Assembly: GCA_965153285.1 (NCBI GenBank)
Contig: OZ229120.1
From: Podarcis tiliguerta
Taxonomy: Eukaryota
Reading direction: 5' to 3' (one strand)
Length of the DNA stretch: 64,000 nucleotides
Shown here: positions 12,091-24,000 of the stretch, one piece after another
How positions within the stretch are numbered: the stretch's first letter is position 1
Layout of the letters: every line of letters starts with the position of its first letter
Program-made: the position numbers and the translations under genes
The notes under the pieces: model-generated
What the model was told of the DNA's origin: nothing
What the model saw: the letters and a program-made list of their open reading frames with translations, nothing else
Databases searched by the model: none

Positions 12091-12605
12091 GCATACAATT
12101 TAATACCAGAAAGTTGAAACTCTGTAGCAGTTTAAGGAATGGAGAAAGTGAGAACTCTGGAAACATCTTAATGGCATCTAAATCTGGTGGCGACAATTGG
12201 ATTGGGTTTTTTTGGGGGGGGGTCTATATGAAACCCACCAAGGATCTGGTCATGTCCATTTTAAATTTCAAGTGCTTTTTGATTGTAATCTTACTTTCTA
12301 ACTCTGCAAACGTATCACTTATTCAGTACACTAAATCAGGGTAAGTATTAATGAAAGGCTTTCTTGTGCTTCTTGTAGGTTGTATAATGCATGCCCAGTC
12401 ATGAAATGATCGGTATCATGCCTGAGTCGCATTCCTGGACATTTCTATTTCAATTCATGCCCTCTTTTTAACTCCCTTTTTCTAGTTTACACTTCTAAAA
12501 ATTCACACAGCTTTTCATTTTCCTCTAACTTTTTAATGCATTTGCCTTGATAATGATTCAGTTAGATGACTTTCCTACCTCTGTTCTGCCCTATCCCTTT
12601 CATAG

Positions 12606-12708
12606 CAATATTAAGGATATCCACTCAGTTCTTGAAGTGACAGTTTATGACGAAGACCGAGATCGGAGTGCTGACTTCCTGGGCAAAGTGGCTATACCAT
12701 TGTTGTCT
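12606..12708 (+). CDS. MCTP1: MCTP1 coding exon (103 nt), third C2 domain: (F)[34 protein letters not shown]
   Basis: Acceptor ccctttcatag|C, donor TCT|gtaagt; contains the C2 Ca2+-binding loop (VYDED...DFLG); overlaps ORF 12547..12735. Confidence 0.97.
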
Positions 12709-12788
12709 GTAAGTTTATTATTATTATTTGGTTAATGCACTGCTCTGTATATTTTTATGCTCGTGGAAAAAAAAAATCAGGGCTGTCT

Positions 12789-13264
12789 NNNNNNNNNNNN
12801 NNNNNNNNNNNNNNNNNNNNNNNNNNNNNNNNNNNNNNNNNNNNNNNNNNNNNNNNNNNNNNNNNNNNNNNNNNNNNNNNNNNNNNNNNNNNNNNNNNNN
12901 NNNNNNNNNNNNNNNNNNNNNNNNNNNNNNNNNNNNNNNNNNNNNNNNNNNNNNNNNNNNNNNNNNNNNNNNNNNNNNNNNNNNNNNNNNNNNNNNNNNN
13001 NNNNNNNNNNNNNNNNNNNNNNNNNNNNNNNNNNNNNNNNNNNNNNNNNNNNNNNNNNNNNNNNNNNNNNNNNNNNNNNNNNNNNNNNNNNNNNNNNNNN
13101 NNNNNNNNNNNNNNNNNNNNNNNNNNNNNNNNNNNNNNNNNNNNNNNNNNNNNNNNNNNNNNNNNNNNNNNNNNNNNNNNNNNNNNNNNNNNNNNNNNNN
13201 NNNNNNNNNNNNNNNNNNNNNNNNNNNNNNNNNNNNNNNNNNNNNNNNNNNNNNNNNNNNNNNN
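12789..13264. other. Assembly gap (476 N)
   Basis: Run of N; it generates the five poly-X ORFs in the track. Confidence 0.99.
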
Positions 13265-13455
13265 GAATGCTCTTCTGCCACTGGCTGAGACACCCACTTT
13301 GCTACTACTGCTGCTAATGTATACACAAGCATAAGTTTCTCTGCCTCACATTTCTGGATTATAGTCTTGGCCCCATGACTTTTAAATGCTACAGTGATGA
13401 TTCTATAGATATTTGTGCAGTTCTCAGTCCCTAAACAATATATTTTGATATATAG

Positions 13456-13530
13456 GTGAAAGCCAGCTTCCGAACGTTAATGCCCAAAGAACAGAAGTAT
13501 ATTGAAGAAGAAAACAGAATTTCTAAACAG
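13456..13530 (+). CDS. MCTP1: MCTP1 coding exon (75 nt): VKASFRTLMPKEQKYIEEENRISKQ
   Basis: Acceptor gatatatag|GTG, donor CAG|gtaaag; phase 0/0; matches the post-C2 linker. Confidence 0.95.
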
Positions 13531-15098
13531 GTAAAGAGTTGGAAACTATTATTTATTCCCAATAGACAGAATATCAAGTGAAACCTTATGACTGTATTTT
13601 GGCAAGCATTGATAGCTAAGAGAATAGCACATCTCATTTATATTGAAAAACTTATCTGGAGTTATCAAAGAAAATTTGCACAAATGCAGATTTTTAAGTC
13701 TTCTAAATCCCTTTCTGCCAGATTTAGTTATTTGTAAAATGTGTGCATGATAACTCTAATTAAAGTTGTTAGTCTGCCCCCATGTATCAGGTTATAGCAC
13801 AGGTGGCTGTAAACTTAGTCTAGCATAAATTTTGGTGGCCAACTTTGACCTGGAGGAACTCCCATATTGTTTTGGATTATGGTATGTATCAGCCTTTTGT
13901 TCTCTTAGTTCTCCTTTTAAGGTGCTTATTAGAAACTTAACTCAGTCAAATATATAAAATCCCTTTGATTCTGCAACATGATTGACAAGATTCTTCTTTT
14001 TCATGTATGTTTACTAACGAATTGCTGCAATATTTACCAGCAGTAACTGTTTTCAAAAGTGCAATCCTACTGAATGCTTTCAACTTAAATAATTTTTAAA
14101 ATCTTGCAGCCATGATGTTCATGTTTCCTTCTGGAGGATAAGAATGTTGGTCACTGAAGAGTCAAACACTAAACAACTCTTCTTTGTAGAATCTTATTTG
14201 TGTGCTTTTCAGTGTTTTATAATTATTGCATGAAATCATCAGTACAGAGATTTTATAAGCAGCAATATAACACTTCCATTACCAGAAAGTAAGCAGGCAT
14301 GCCTTGCGGTGTGTGTGTGGGAGGGGGGGGGGAATATACAATACCTATTCTTCCAGACGTATAGGTGCTGCTCAGAAATGGCTAGACTCATATGCAGAAA
14401 AATAGTAGCAAGGAACTTATGACTATTACTAATCAATGAATAGTATCAAATCTTGGTTTGTAGTATAAGAATCTCCTTAGAGCAAGTTCTTTTCTTAAAT
14501 ATCAGAGATCTTGAATTAGTGAATATAACCTAATACTGTAAAATGTAAGTTTAGTAAAAGTTAGTGAGTTCGTCTCCAGATGAACTTCGTGGTACTCAAC
14601 TATTCATTTTAAAACATAATTTCTTAAAAATCTACTTGTTCATTCTTTTCATGAAACGTATTGTAGTTTCACAGCTTACATGGAAAAAGTTACTTCAATT
14701 TCCTCAGAGATAATTACTCAGAACTGCATACGTGGTTTCTCAGCAGTCATTTCTTTAGTATCAAAAATTGATTCAGCCAACTCCAGTGCAAAAAATCTAG
14801 GTTCATATAATAAATCTTTGGATCTCAGTTCTTAGAGTGTGCTTAAAGATTGGGAAGGAAACATTAGTAGGTACAATTGTACTGTCATTTAAATTATTTT
14901 CATGCTGTATAGCAGAACAGTGCAAGCCTACAACTACTGATAATACTGATAAAAATCTAGATAATGAGTTTTCCCCTTTACTGCAATACAAAATATTGTC
15001 TGTACAGAACAGTATTTTCAGTTGAAATGTGTTGTGAGCAATTTTCATAGCTAAAACGCACAAACTGAGCCGACACATTCTACTTTTCTTTCCTCCAG

Positions 15099-15218
15099 CT
15101 TCTTCTAAGGAACTTCATGCGGATGAAGCGTTGTGTCATGGTTCTTGTAAATGCCGCCTACTATATAAACAGTTGCTTTGACTGGGATTCACCACCAAGG
15201 AGTCTTGCTGCTTTTGTG
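15099..15218 (+). CDS. MCTP1: MCTP1 coding exon (120 nt): LLLRNFMRMKRCVMVLVNAAYYINSCFDWDSPPRSLAAFV
   Basis: Strong acceptor tacttttctttcctccag|CTT, donor GTG|gtatga; phase 0/0; conserved SCFxWxSPxRS motif of MCTPs. Confidence 0.96.
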
Positions 15219-15597
15219 GTATGATATTAACCTTAATATTAATATATGTGTATACAAAAAAATAAATAAATGTAATGGTCTCATCAATAGGACATATATG
15301 AAAGATCACAGTCAGTACCTAATAATCAATCTGTAGTTTAAAGCCAATATTAGAACATCCAGGGCTTCCTAGAATTGGCTTTCTTCTACTATCAGTGACC
15401 TCTAATACCCTAACCTTAAAACTCCAGGAAGTTTAATGCCAGTACATTCTTCTCTCTAATTCCAGTGGTATAGGAAACTTCAAAGTGCTTGAGTTCACCA
15501 TGGCATCATAGCCATGCTCCCAATGATAATCTATAAATGTAGGCAGGTGTATTGATCCTAAATAAGCTCTGTATAGGCATACTTGCATACACATATA

Positions 15598-15833
15598 CAG
15601 TGAGGGGGGGAAGTATTTGATCCCCTGCTAAATTTGCCCATTTGCCCTCTGACAAAGAAATGACCAGTCCATAATTTTAATGGTAGGTTTATTGTAGCTG
15701 TGAGAGACAGAATAACAACAGGAAAACCCCCAGAAACCCAGAAGACAGAAGACGGAGATGGATGTGCATTATAGTAAGTGAAATAAGTATTTGATCCCGT
15801 TGCAAAAGATGACTTAGTACTTGGTGGCAAAAC
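15598..15833. mobile_element. Single end of a Tc1-family IR/DR DNA transposon
   Basis: TA|CAGTG terminus; 14-bp direct repeat aagtatttgatccc at 15611-15624 and 15785-15798, bracketing a ~200-bp terminal repeat; truncated after ~35 bp of internal sequence. Confidence 0.8.
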
Positions 15834-17159
15834 AGTATGGCACACATACTGCCATTTTACATGCTGGTGGAACCAATTTTCAACTGATTAATAACAAATG
15901 ATAGAACAACTGTGTATTCCCCATCACATATTCCCCATCCCTCTGCTATTACAGCCACCCCAAGTTAACAACACTGGTAAATGTGGTTGCTGCAGATGGG
16001 TGATGCCATTATCACTTGTTTCACAGTAGGAACAAAGTTCAATACCTTTGAAGTCATGTCCCATGTGAACATTGAGGACCTTTAATATTCCATTCTTTGG
16101 GTATGAGGTTCTAAAGCTAAGCCATTCATACCTGCCAGCCTTAGACGAAATATCTGACTGTGTGAGAAATGGATCCTCAGTTGTTTATGTTATACATATC
16201 CACCAGATCTGCCTCCATCCAAAAGAACTTCCCACCCAGTATTTTCTGTGTGTCAGTTTAATACAATTTTATTCAAGACGTCTTAACTTAGACGTTTTTC
16301 TTCTACGTCTTCACTTCCTTGCCACGACACCAAATAGGAGCATTTTGAGGAACAAAAACAGATGCTCCAAAAACTTGCAACTTCTTTACGTTAGTCATCT
16401 TGGACTCCTTTAGGAGGAAGGGTGAAACGGAAATTTAATAAATAAATAAATAGACAACTGATCATTTTAAGATCTGAGAAATGTGATAAGAGACATTCCA
16501 GAAGCCTTGATAAAAGGTTATGCCTGTATAGATAAGTTTCAGAAACCGTTGCGTAATAACTTTACTCAAAATGCTGCTGCTTTTGTGTGTTTACTTCCTG
16601 CATTAGCTCTGGGAGGTGCTTGTGACATAATGGCATAATGTTCCTTTTGCCTGATGAAGGGAAGCACTCGTATAGGGCATCCTCTCCCTTGTGGTCTCCT
16701 GAGCTGGAGTAATAAAGGGTGTGACCATTTGGCTTCTGTAACATTACTTCTTTAGACAATACAAGGTGTAGCTTAATAACAGAACCAATATGTTGATATA
16801 GGAACAATCTTTATTCTGCAGGATATACCCGTCGTGGCAGTACTTGTCATTATTTTATTTTTATTATTTAAACTTGTATGCTACTTTCCCACATAAATGT
16901 GCCCAAAGCAGCACATATGATTAGAGGCAGCATGCTTTGAATACCAGGGGCTGGGGAATCAGGTTCAGCATCAGCACATAGCACAGTCAGGCAAATGCCC
17001 ACCACCACTGATACCTATGCAGGTGGGCCCTTTAGCTGCTTGGCATTGAGAAGAATTCCAAGTGATTGCAGTGAGGAAGTCATTTGAATCTTTTGCTAAT
17101 GACTTTGAATGCAGCATTGTTCCAGAGTGGTTCTGCATTGAGGGTGCTGGGAAGAATTA

Positions 17160-17520
17160 AATTGATAGCTCTTGCATGCTGTAGCAGCCTGGAGATTCTG
17201 TTAGCCCCGAATAGCAAGGGGAAAACACCAGCAGCACAGGATCCTTTCTGATTCCTCCCTCTTCATTGATCAGCACAGAGAAGACTGCCAAGCAGTTGCA
17301 AAAAGGGACCATCAGTTGAATCCCTCCTCGCTGTCTTTGATGTTGTAGAAAACTGGGTTTAGGTGAGATTAAATTCACTTTAAGAAAAGCAGCCAACTTT
17401 GAAATCTGTACGAGTGACCTTCTAGATGAGAGCACAGTCAGGTCCTCCAGCATCTTGCTTCCAATAGTGGGCAAGCAGATGCCCATGCGCTGCCCAAAGG
17501 CAGGAAGTAGAGGCAACTGC
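17160..17520 (-). mobile_element. Highly degenerate non-LTR RT fragment (RTE-X-like)
   Basis: Minus ORF segment LPTIGSKMLEDLTVLSSRRSL...LAAFLKVNL resembles a decayed ...PxIG..LLYADDLVLLS...L..F..L.IN region. Confidence 0.3.
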
Positions 17521-18361
17521 CATCTCCCTCTTGTTCTCCACAGGACCAGGTCTGAGGTGACCTTGGCCAGAGTGTCCTCACTGGGCCCCCCAAATGGCCC
17601 TGTCTTGGGGGAACTTACCAAGCAATGGGGGCTATGAATAGTGGTGCAAGCAGTGCCTTGAGAAAGCCACCGTTCTTGAGCAAGCTGTAGTCAAAACAAA
17701 ACTACTATGAAAGAAAATTAAATTGTATTTCCCCCTGCTCTTCAGATGTATCCATCTATCCTAAATATTTTTATGGTTTATACATGCCCTTTAGAATCTT
17801 ATTCAAGATCTACTGTAGGATCAACTTTGTGCCTCAGGTGTAATGAACATGAATGAGTAACGACCTGTTCTTTCTTAGATGCTGCCTGTCCTTTTACAGG
17901 CACTGTTGCTTCAGAACTGACAAGCTAAAGTCCATCGGTGCAATGGACTGTATTTTTAATCTTCAATAAAGTCTCTTCTGATCCCTGTTCCTGCCCTGCC
18001 TCTTTTGAACCTATTAAGTAATCTGCTGTGATGTCACAGCGTGGCATTGGAGATATCACAGCCCATCTGTCTTCCACAGCCTCTGATGTCATATGTGGGT
18101 TGCCAGTGTTGGTCTAGGCAGAAGTGCTGAGAGGGTCTTGTGAAAGACACATAAGTTGACAGGCAGATTAAAAAATTAAACACTTTCATCTTTGCATGCC
18201 GTGGTCTTTAGAACCTCTTTACACCTTTTTGAGAGGTTTCAAAGCCTTTTAATAGAGGCAGATAGCACATGACAGCTTATACCCTAGAGTTTTGACCAAG
18301 ATCGTAAACCAGAACTCAACAACCTACAGTGTTGTCAGAAAACCGCAACATGTACGTTATT

Positions 18362-18362
<1 letters not shown>

Positions 18363-18392
<30 letters not shown>
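18363..18392. repeat. (TTG)10 microsatellite
   Basis: Direct reading. Confidence 0.95.
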
Positions 18393-20905
18393 CAGTTCTG
18401 CATACAGTTCCACATTGTGTCCCCCTGTGAAATTTCTGAATCTTAGGCAGGTTGATTAGCTCCAGGAATGTAACCTAAGGGTACAGTTGTGCAAACTAAA
18501 GGAGCACATCTTGAGGTTTGAGTTAAGGAGACATTGGATTTAAATAGTCCCTTTATCATAACATGAGATTTAAATGTTGCAGCACTTTGGGGCGGAGATG
18601 CTGAAAACCACCGGATTTCCTATTTTAATATCCCTATTGCCTACTCTATATTTTATTTGGGTGAAATCCAACATAGTGCATGCAGCAGGGCTTCCTCTGC
18701 TCCTGACTGTTGCCCTGCCCTCTGGATCAGATTTTGAAGGTGGACAGGGGGCTGCATCAGGGTGGAGAGGAAATAGTCCTGCTGCACAAGCAGAAATCTG
18801 TTCTGCCTGCTGTTGGGCACAACTGGATATCACCTTTTGTTTTTAACACTTGGAGAAAACAATAAGTAAAAGCAACTTGAATATTTCATTCATGAGCTGT
18901 TCTATCAAATGCATTGCGGTGCTTAAATTAATCAGTTTTCATTACTCCTACGTAATTTTAGCAAGAAATGATTATTACATAAATACTTTACGCAGTTTTC
19001 TCAACTGTGGAAATGGCAAGGTTTGTCTTTAGAACAACCTAATGAAGATACTGAAATGCTTTCTAAATTGGGTTCCGTTTTCTCCAGGCTCTTGATTCAT
19101 GCACCTGTGGATGTGGGCAATTGCAGGGAGATACAGGGCAGGAGATGAGGGGCCGTATGCAACCTCTTTCACTGTCACTTCTTACTTTAATGAGCCAAAA
19201 AATAATTGGACAACTAAGCTATCAGTAAAAGGACACACTTCAACATGAGTCAGTGAATTATTTTGCAGGACAAACTTTAATCTTTATATATGATTGTGGA
19301 TAATTTGTGGTACCATTTATCCAGCTTGAATTGTTTTAGCCTTTTCAGTTGTTATACAGTAAGTACTGCTATGTTAACATTAACATTTGATATTTTACAC
19401 ATTTAATTCCTGTACTGTTGTGTGTGGTCTTCGGGGAAATGCGCTCCGGTGCTACAAGAGAGAGACAAAGTATTGATCAGCTAACATTTCAGCTACATTT
19501 ATGTATGTCGCAAAATTAATGAAAATGCCAGACAAAAATGTCAGAGTGCACAAAAAGGTAGGATTTGAATTTTGGTAGTTTAGTGAAAAGTTTAAGAGGA
19601 ATGTTATCACATGTCTGTTAGCCTACATTGTGCAGTTCATAACACAATAGCTAAAGGGGAAACACACATTTTACTGGGGAAGCACTGATCATGAATCTAG
19701 AAGGAAATTTAGAAGGAAATATGCAGTCCTGAAAGTAGGTGATGTTCCCAAATTTGGGAAATGTGAGTTCATTTATTCTAACATGGCTCAAAATAACAAA
19801 TAGTATTTGCAAAAATGGTGCCTACATTTGCCTCTTCAGTTGGGGGAGTTTTGCAGTCCTCTCCTTTCTACTGTAGCTTATATTCTTCTAAAAACTACTT
19901 TTGAAAGTAAAACAAAACAAAACCCAGTAGTAATAATAATCTTTCTCTGGATTTTCCTAACCATTTTTGAGGCATCTGAACAAGGCCAACTCATTCAATA
20001 TTTTTGTTCATATTGTCAGAGCCAATGCGAGATACTGTTCTGTGTGAGGCGGGCATAACTTCTAACCGCTACTGCTGCTGCCCCTCTTCACCACTGTCTG
20101 CTTACCCATTTAACATTTTTAACGTCACTAATGCAGTGTCAGTACTGGCAGTGTCCCCAGCTTCAGTCTCCCCTCTCTCTGGGCAAGGTGTCCCAGGAGA
20201 CTGAGTGCTTGTGCTGCAGTGGCTTTATCGCCATAGCTGAAAATTCTTTTTAAATTATAAAAGTTTAGAAACATTAAATTTAAGAGAGCATGTTTAACTG
20301 CTGTGTCAAAGCCACAGTGAGGCAAATGCTCTCCTATTATCAGTTGAGAGATAAGGTAGCGGTTGGTGGGAAGTAGTGGGGGCTGCAGTGGTGAAGGAAA
20401 GGGATTGGGCAGGGTATCGCTCTGGAAAGCCTATAGGACCCAGGTGTGCATGGATAGCTTTGTGGGCTGACTTCTTTGGGATTTCCAAGAGAGACTGTTC
20501 TGACACATTGGCAGAGGTAGTTCTGTTGTCTTCTGGGCTGTGAGCATGGACCAAGTGACATGCATCATTTGCTATATGATAGTCTTCTTTTAGTTATAGA
20601 AAGTTTTCCCAATCATGCAACATGAGTATAGCTTTGAGCTGCATAATCTGACAGAAGAGAATTCCTTTTGCCGGAATCTAAAGGGTTGCGTGTACCGTTT
20701 AACATTTTCACCATTGCCCTTTCCACCACCATGTGTGTTAGCTGAAAAGCTTGTGAGTCAGAGGCTCCTCCAGTGCAAGAAAGGGGGAGATATTGGAAGG
20801 GGCTTGGTAATGCACACACCTATGTTCACATAGAAATGCTTTCTGTTCTCAGACAGGAGGACTCCTTGGAGACACAGCTTTAAGCTGAAGAAAATGGCTT
20901 GCCAT

Positions 20906-21041
20906 CAGTGCTGTTTTTCTAGAAAAATGGGTGCCAAAACTCACCATGAACACCTCCCTTGTTCTCTTATAACAGCAATGGTGCCTACCTGCGAGGTGCC
21001 GGAACTGAGTTCCGGTGAATTCCTGCTGAAAAAAAGCCCTG
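20906..21041. mobile_element. hAT MITE, 136 bp (different family from the 11272 element)
   Basis: Imperfect TIRs cagtgctgtttttc / gaaaaaaagccctg; perfect 8-bp TSD cttgccat at 20898-20905 and 21042-21049. Confidence 0.9.
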
Positions 21042-24000
21042 CTTGCCATACTGATTTTATCCTGATCAGTATTTAAATGCCCTATTGCCCCCCCCCCCCC
21101 CCAGTTCTGCTAGACGTTTTCTTAGGGATGACTGAAACAAAAAGTGCAAGCGAAGTGCTTCATGGTGCAAGCGAAGTGCACAGAAATTCTTTTTCCTTCA
21201 GTAAATTGTGTGCCAGTGACCTAACATGGATGGTAAATGATCAGATTTATGCACAAACAAAGCAGTATTTAATGGCAGGATTTGGAGACGTATTCCCAAC
21301 AACTTTGGTGTGCCTAGTGGGATATTTGACTTTGGGCAGTAGAATTCTGTGCCATTTCACACATTGCATCTGCAGACAGGGAGGGGAGAAAGAAGAAAGG
21401 GGGGAAGTGATTCTATTTTTTTCCTGAAACAACTATTTAAATACATCTTTGTTTTGCACCATAGATTTTACTGGTACAGAATCAAACATTTTTTTCTAAT
21501 CTAAACCCTTGTCATCCCCTAGAAATCACTGCTATCCTTTCCGAGAGGGGAAAGACAAAAACCTCTTTCCCCCCCAGAAGGCTAACACTAGGTAAAGGAG
21601 GCAATTTAGACCAGGGAAATACGTAATTTCATACAGTTTAAACAATGATCAGTAATAATTTTTAAAGCAGGATAAATGGGAGATGTGGCGTATTTTATTT
21701 GATTAAAGAGTATTTAATAACGCAAGTAGACAACTGGCAAGGAAACAGTTTTGAAACGTGTCATGTAAGGAAATACTTTTGCATATGGAATGTGTAAAGC
21801 TATTTCCTGCGTAATTACATCACTTTAATCTGCAGTTGATCATACATATAGTGATTGTACAATAAAAGATCCCATCCAACAATAAGCGTGCTTAATAGCT
21901 AAATATTCCAACCGAATGCAAAACAGTAAGATAGAGAAATATATATTTAATATGAAATCCCTGCTTGGTTTAGGAATAGGAAACATGCTCAGTCAACTCT
22001 TTTAAAAAAGGAATATCAAGTGTGCAGCCAAGGAAGAGCTTACTTATCCTTCAGTTTTTCAAAATGTTCTTCCCTGCCAAACCAGTGCTTCAGATCAGTT
22101 TCCTTATATATGAAGGAAAGAATTATCTTGATTCTCAGCTTAGGACATCTACCACAGGTAAACATGAGTGTTGAAAGCCCCCCCTTCCTCTGTTTCCAAG
22201 TCTTTCTGTGTCCCTTTTCAGGCTCATCTACTTGTTGCCCTAGGCCAATACTGCTTTGCTGACCCGGTCTTCTTTGATGTCCCTCACTAACAGTGTCGTT
22301 TTCCCCATTTGTTTTCACATTTCCAAGGGCTGCTTTTGTGCTGACTCTTCGGTCAGCAGGTGCAATTCCCATTGACAACAATTCTTCATTAAAAACAGAG
22401 TGCAATCTAGGCTGTATGTTTGCCTAGATTCCTTAATTAAAGAGTTAAATAAGTAGCCGGCGAAAGTTTTAGAGAAGTCTCTAGGACAGGCAATAGTCTT
22501 TTGCTCATGATGTGTGCAATTCTCAGTGTTAAATTAGACATTAGAGCTAGGTTATCATTGAGAAAGAGTAGATCTTGCCTTGTTATTCAAAGCAAGCACC
22601 CAACTTGCTTGAAAAGCCAGAGGAGCTGGATGTTGTTGGACAGCAGATTTGAAATTAATCTCTTTCCAGAAGAGAGTAATCTAATTTACAGTGTGAGAAG
22701 CTGGATGATTAGAGGTGGTTTTGTGGGGTTTTTTGCCTGAAATGGAGATTTCTTTCAGAAGTATTTTTCTGTAGAATGTAGAATTGGTGGGAAATGCTGT
22801 TTCGTGGGGAAAAAATGGATGTTTTCAGAACTGAAGATCTGCATTTTATAATCATTAATGCATTTGAAGGAGAGTACATATAATACTCTACAAAGCAGAA
22901 TGTTGATCAAATTCATGATACATTTTTAAAAAAACAAACCCTAACAGTCATTAGCTCAGAAAAAGTGAACTTTCTGTTAAAGGGCAATGCAAAATTGGAA
23001 TACAGTGAAACTGCAATTAATGTCTACCTCACAGTAGCCTTTATTGCTTTCCAGAACTATATTGTCAACATGATTAGGCATGTCTGTATTCATATTATAA
23101 TAGATCACCTTCCTTAACTAGAAATAAGTCATTAATGGGCCAATTCAAGTTTTCTCTGCCTCATTAAAAAGATAAAGCTAAAAAACCCCACCTCTTTTTG
23201 ACTAATCTTGTATCAGTTAAATCCTGCATATTTATTACTTACAACATAAATATTCCCTCATATGGAAGAAATGTGTAGAATCCATTCTAGGATGTATTTG
23301 ACTTCCTAGTAAAATGCAACATTTGATAAAAATCCAAAGTATTCATGTTGGCCAACAAGGAAAATCCAAAAATCCATAATGGCATTGTCGTACTCTGTGT
23401 TTTGGATTGTTTGAGAATTTTGCTTTGAACAGCTTTTGTGTTTCCCCATGTAAACTTAAGCAAGTAAGAAAATGGTGTGTGTGTGTGTGTAACCATTGGA
23501 TCAATTTCAGCCCCCTCCTCCTAATTTTTCTTCCATAAGAATCTGTATGTCACATGTCAATAAGTAATGCATATTACTCTGCTATAAGATTGTCACCAAC
23601 TTTTCTCTGTTAATGAAAGCAGTGTGTGTGGGCAGCATCTCTCTCTCCCTCTCTCTTCTCTGCCTGTTTATAATGGGTGGGGTGGGGGAAGAGAGTCTTC
23701 TCTTTCATTCTCTGTAGTGTTTAATCCCAGTGATTCTCTCCACATCATCCCTGCCAGGGTGGTTTAGCTAGCTAGCAACATTTCATTAGCTTCATTTCCT
23801 CCCCACTTTTCCTGCCATAACGCTGTGCAACTCCCAACCCTTCACTCTTTCCTTCTCTGCATTCTTCCACTTGTTGTGCATAAGATCAAGGCAAAACTTG
23901 CACACTGGAGTGCTTTCAGAGCTATGATGGGATAGTAAAATCTGTTTATTCCCCCCCTCCTCCAAAAAAACCCAGGAATTGGTAGGAGGCTTGTGTGCCT

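Noticed and set aside
12724-13334. Five long ORFs (180-202 aa) in the track
   Set aside because: Artefacts of translating through the N gap.
20906-21041. Three MITEs all measuring 136 bp
   Set aside because: Two belong to one family; the third has unrelated internal sequence, so the equal length is most likely coincidence.
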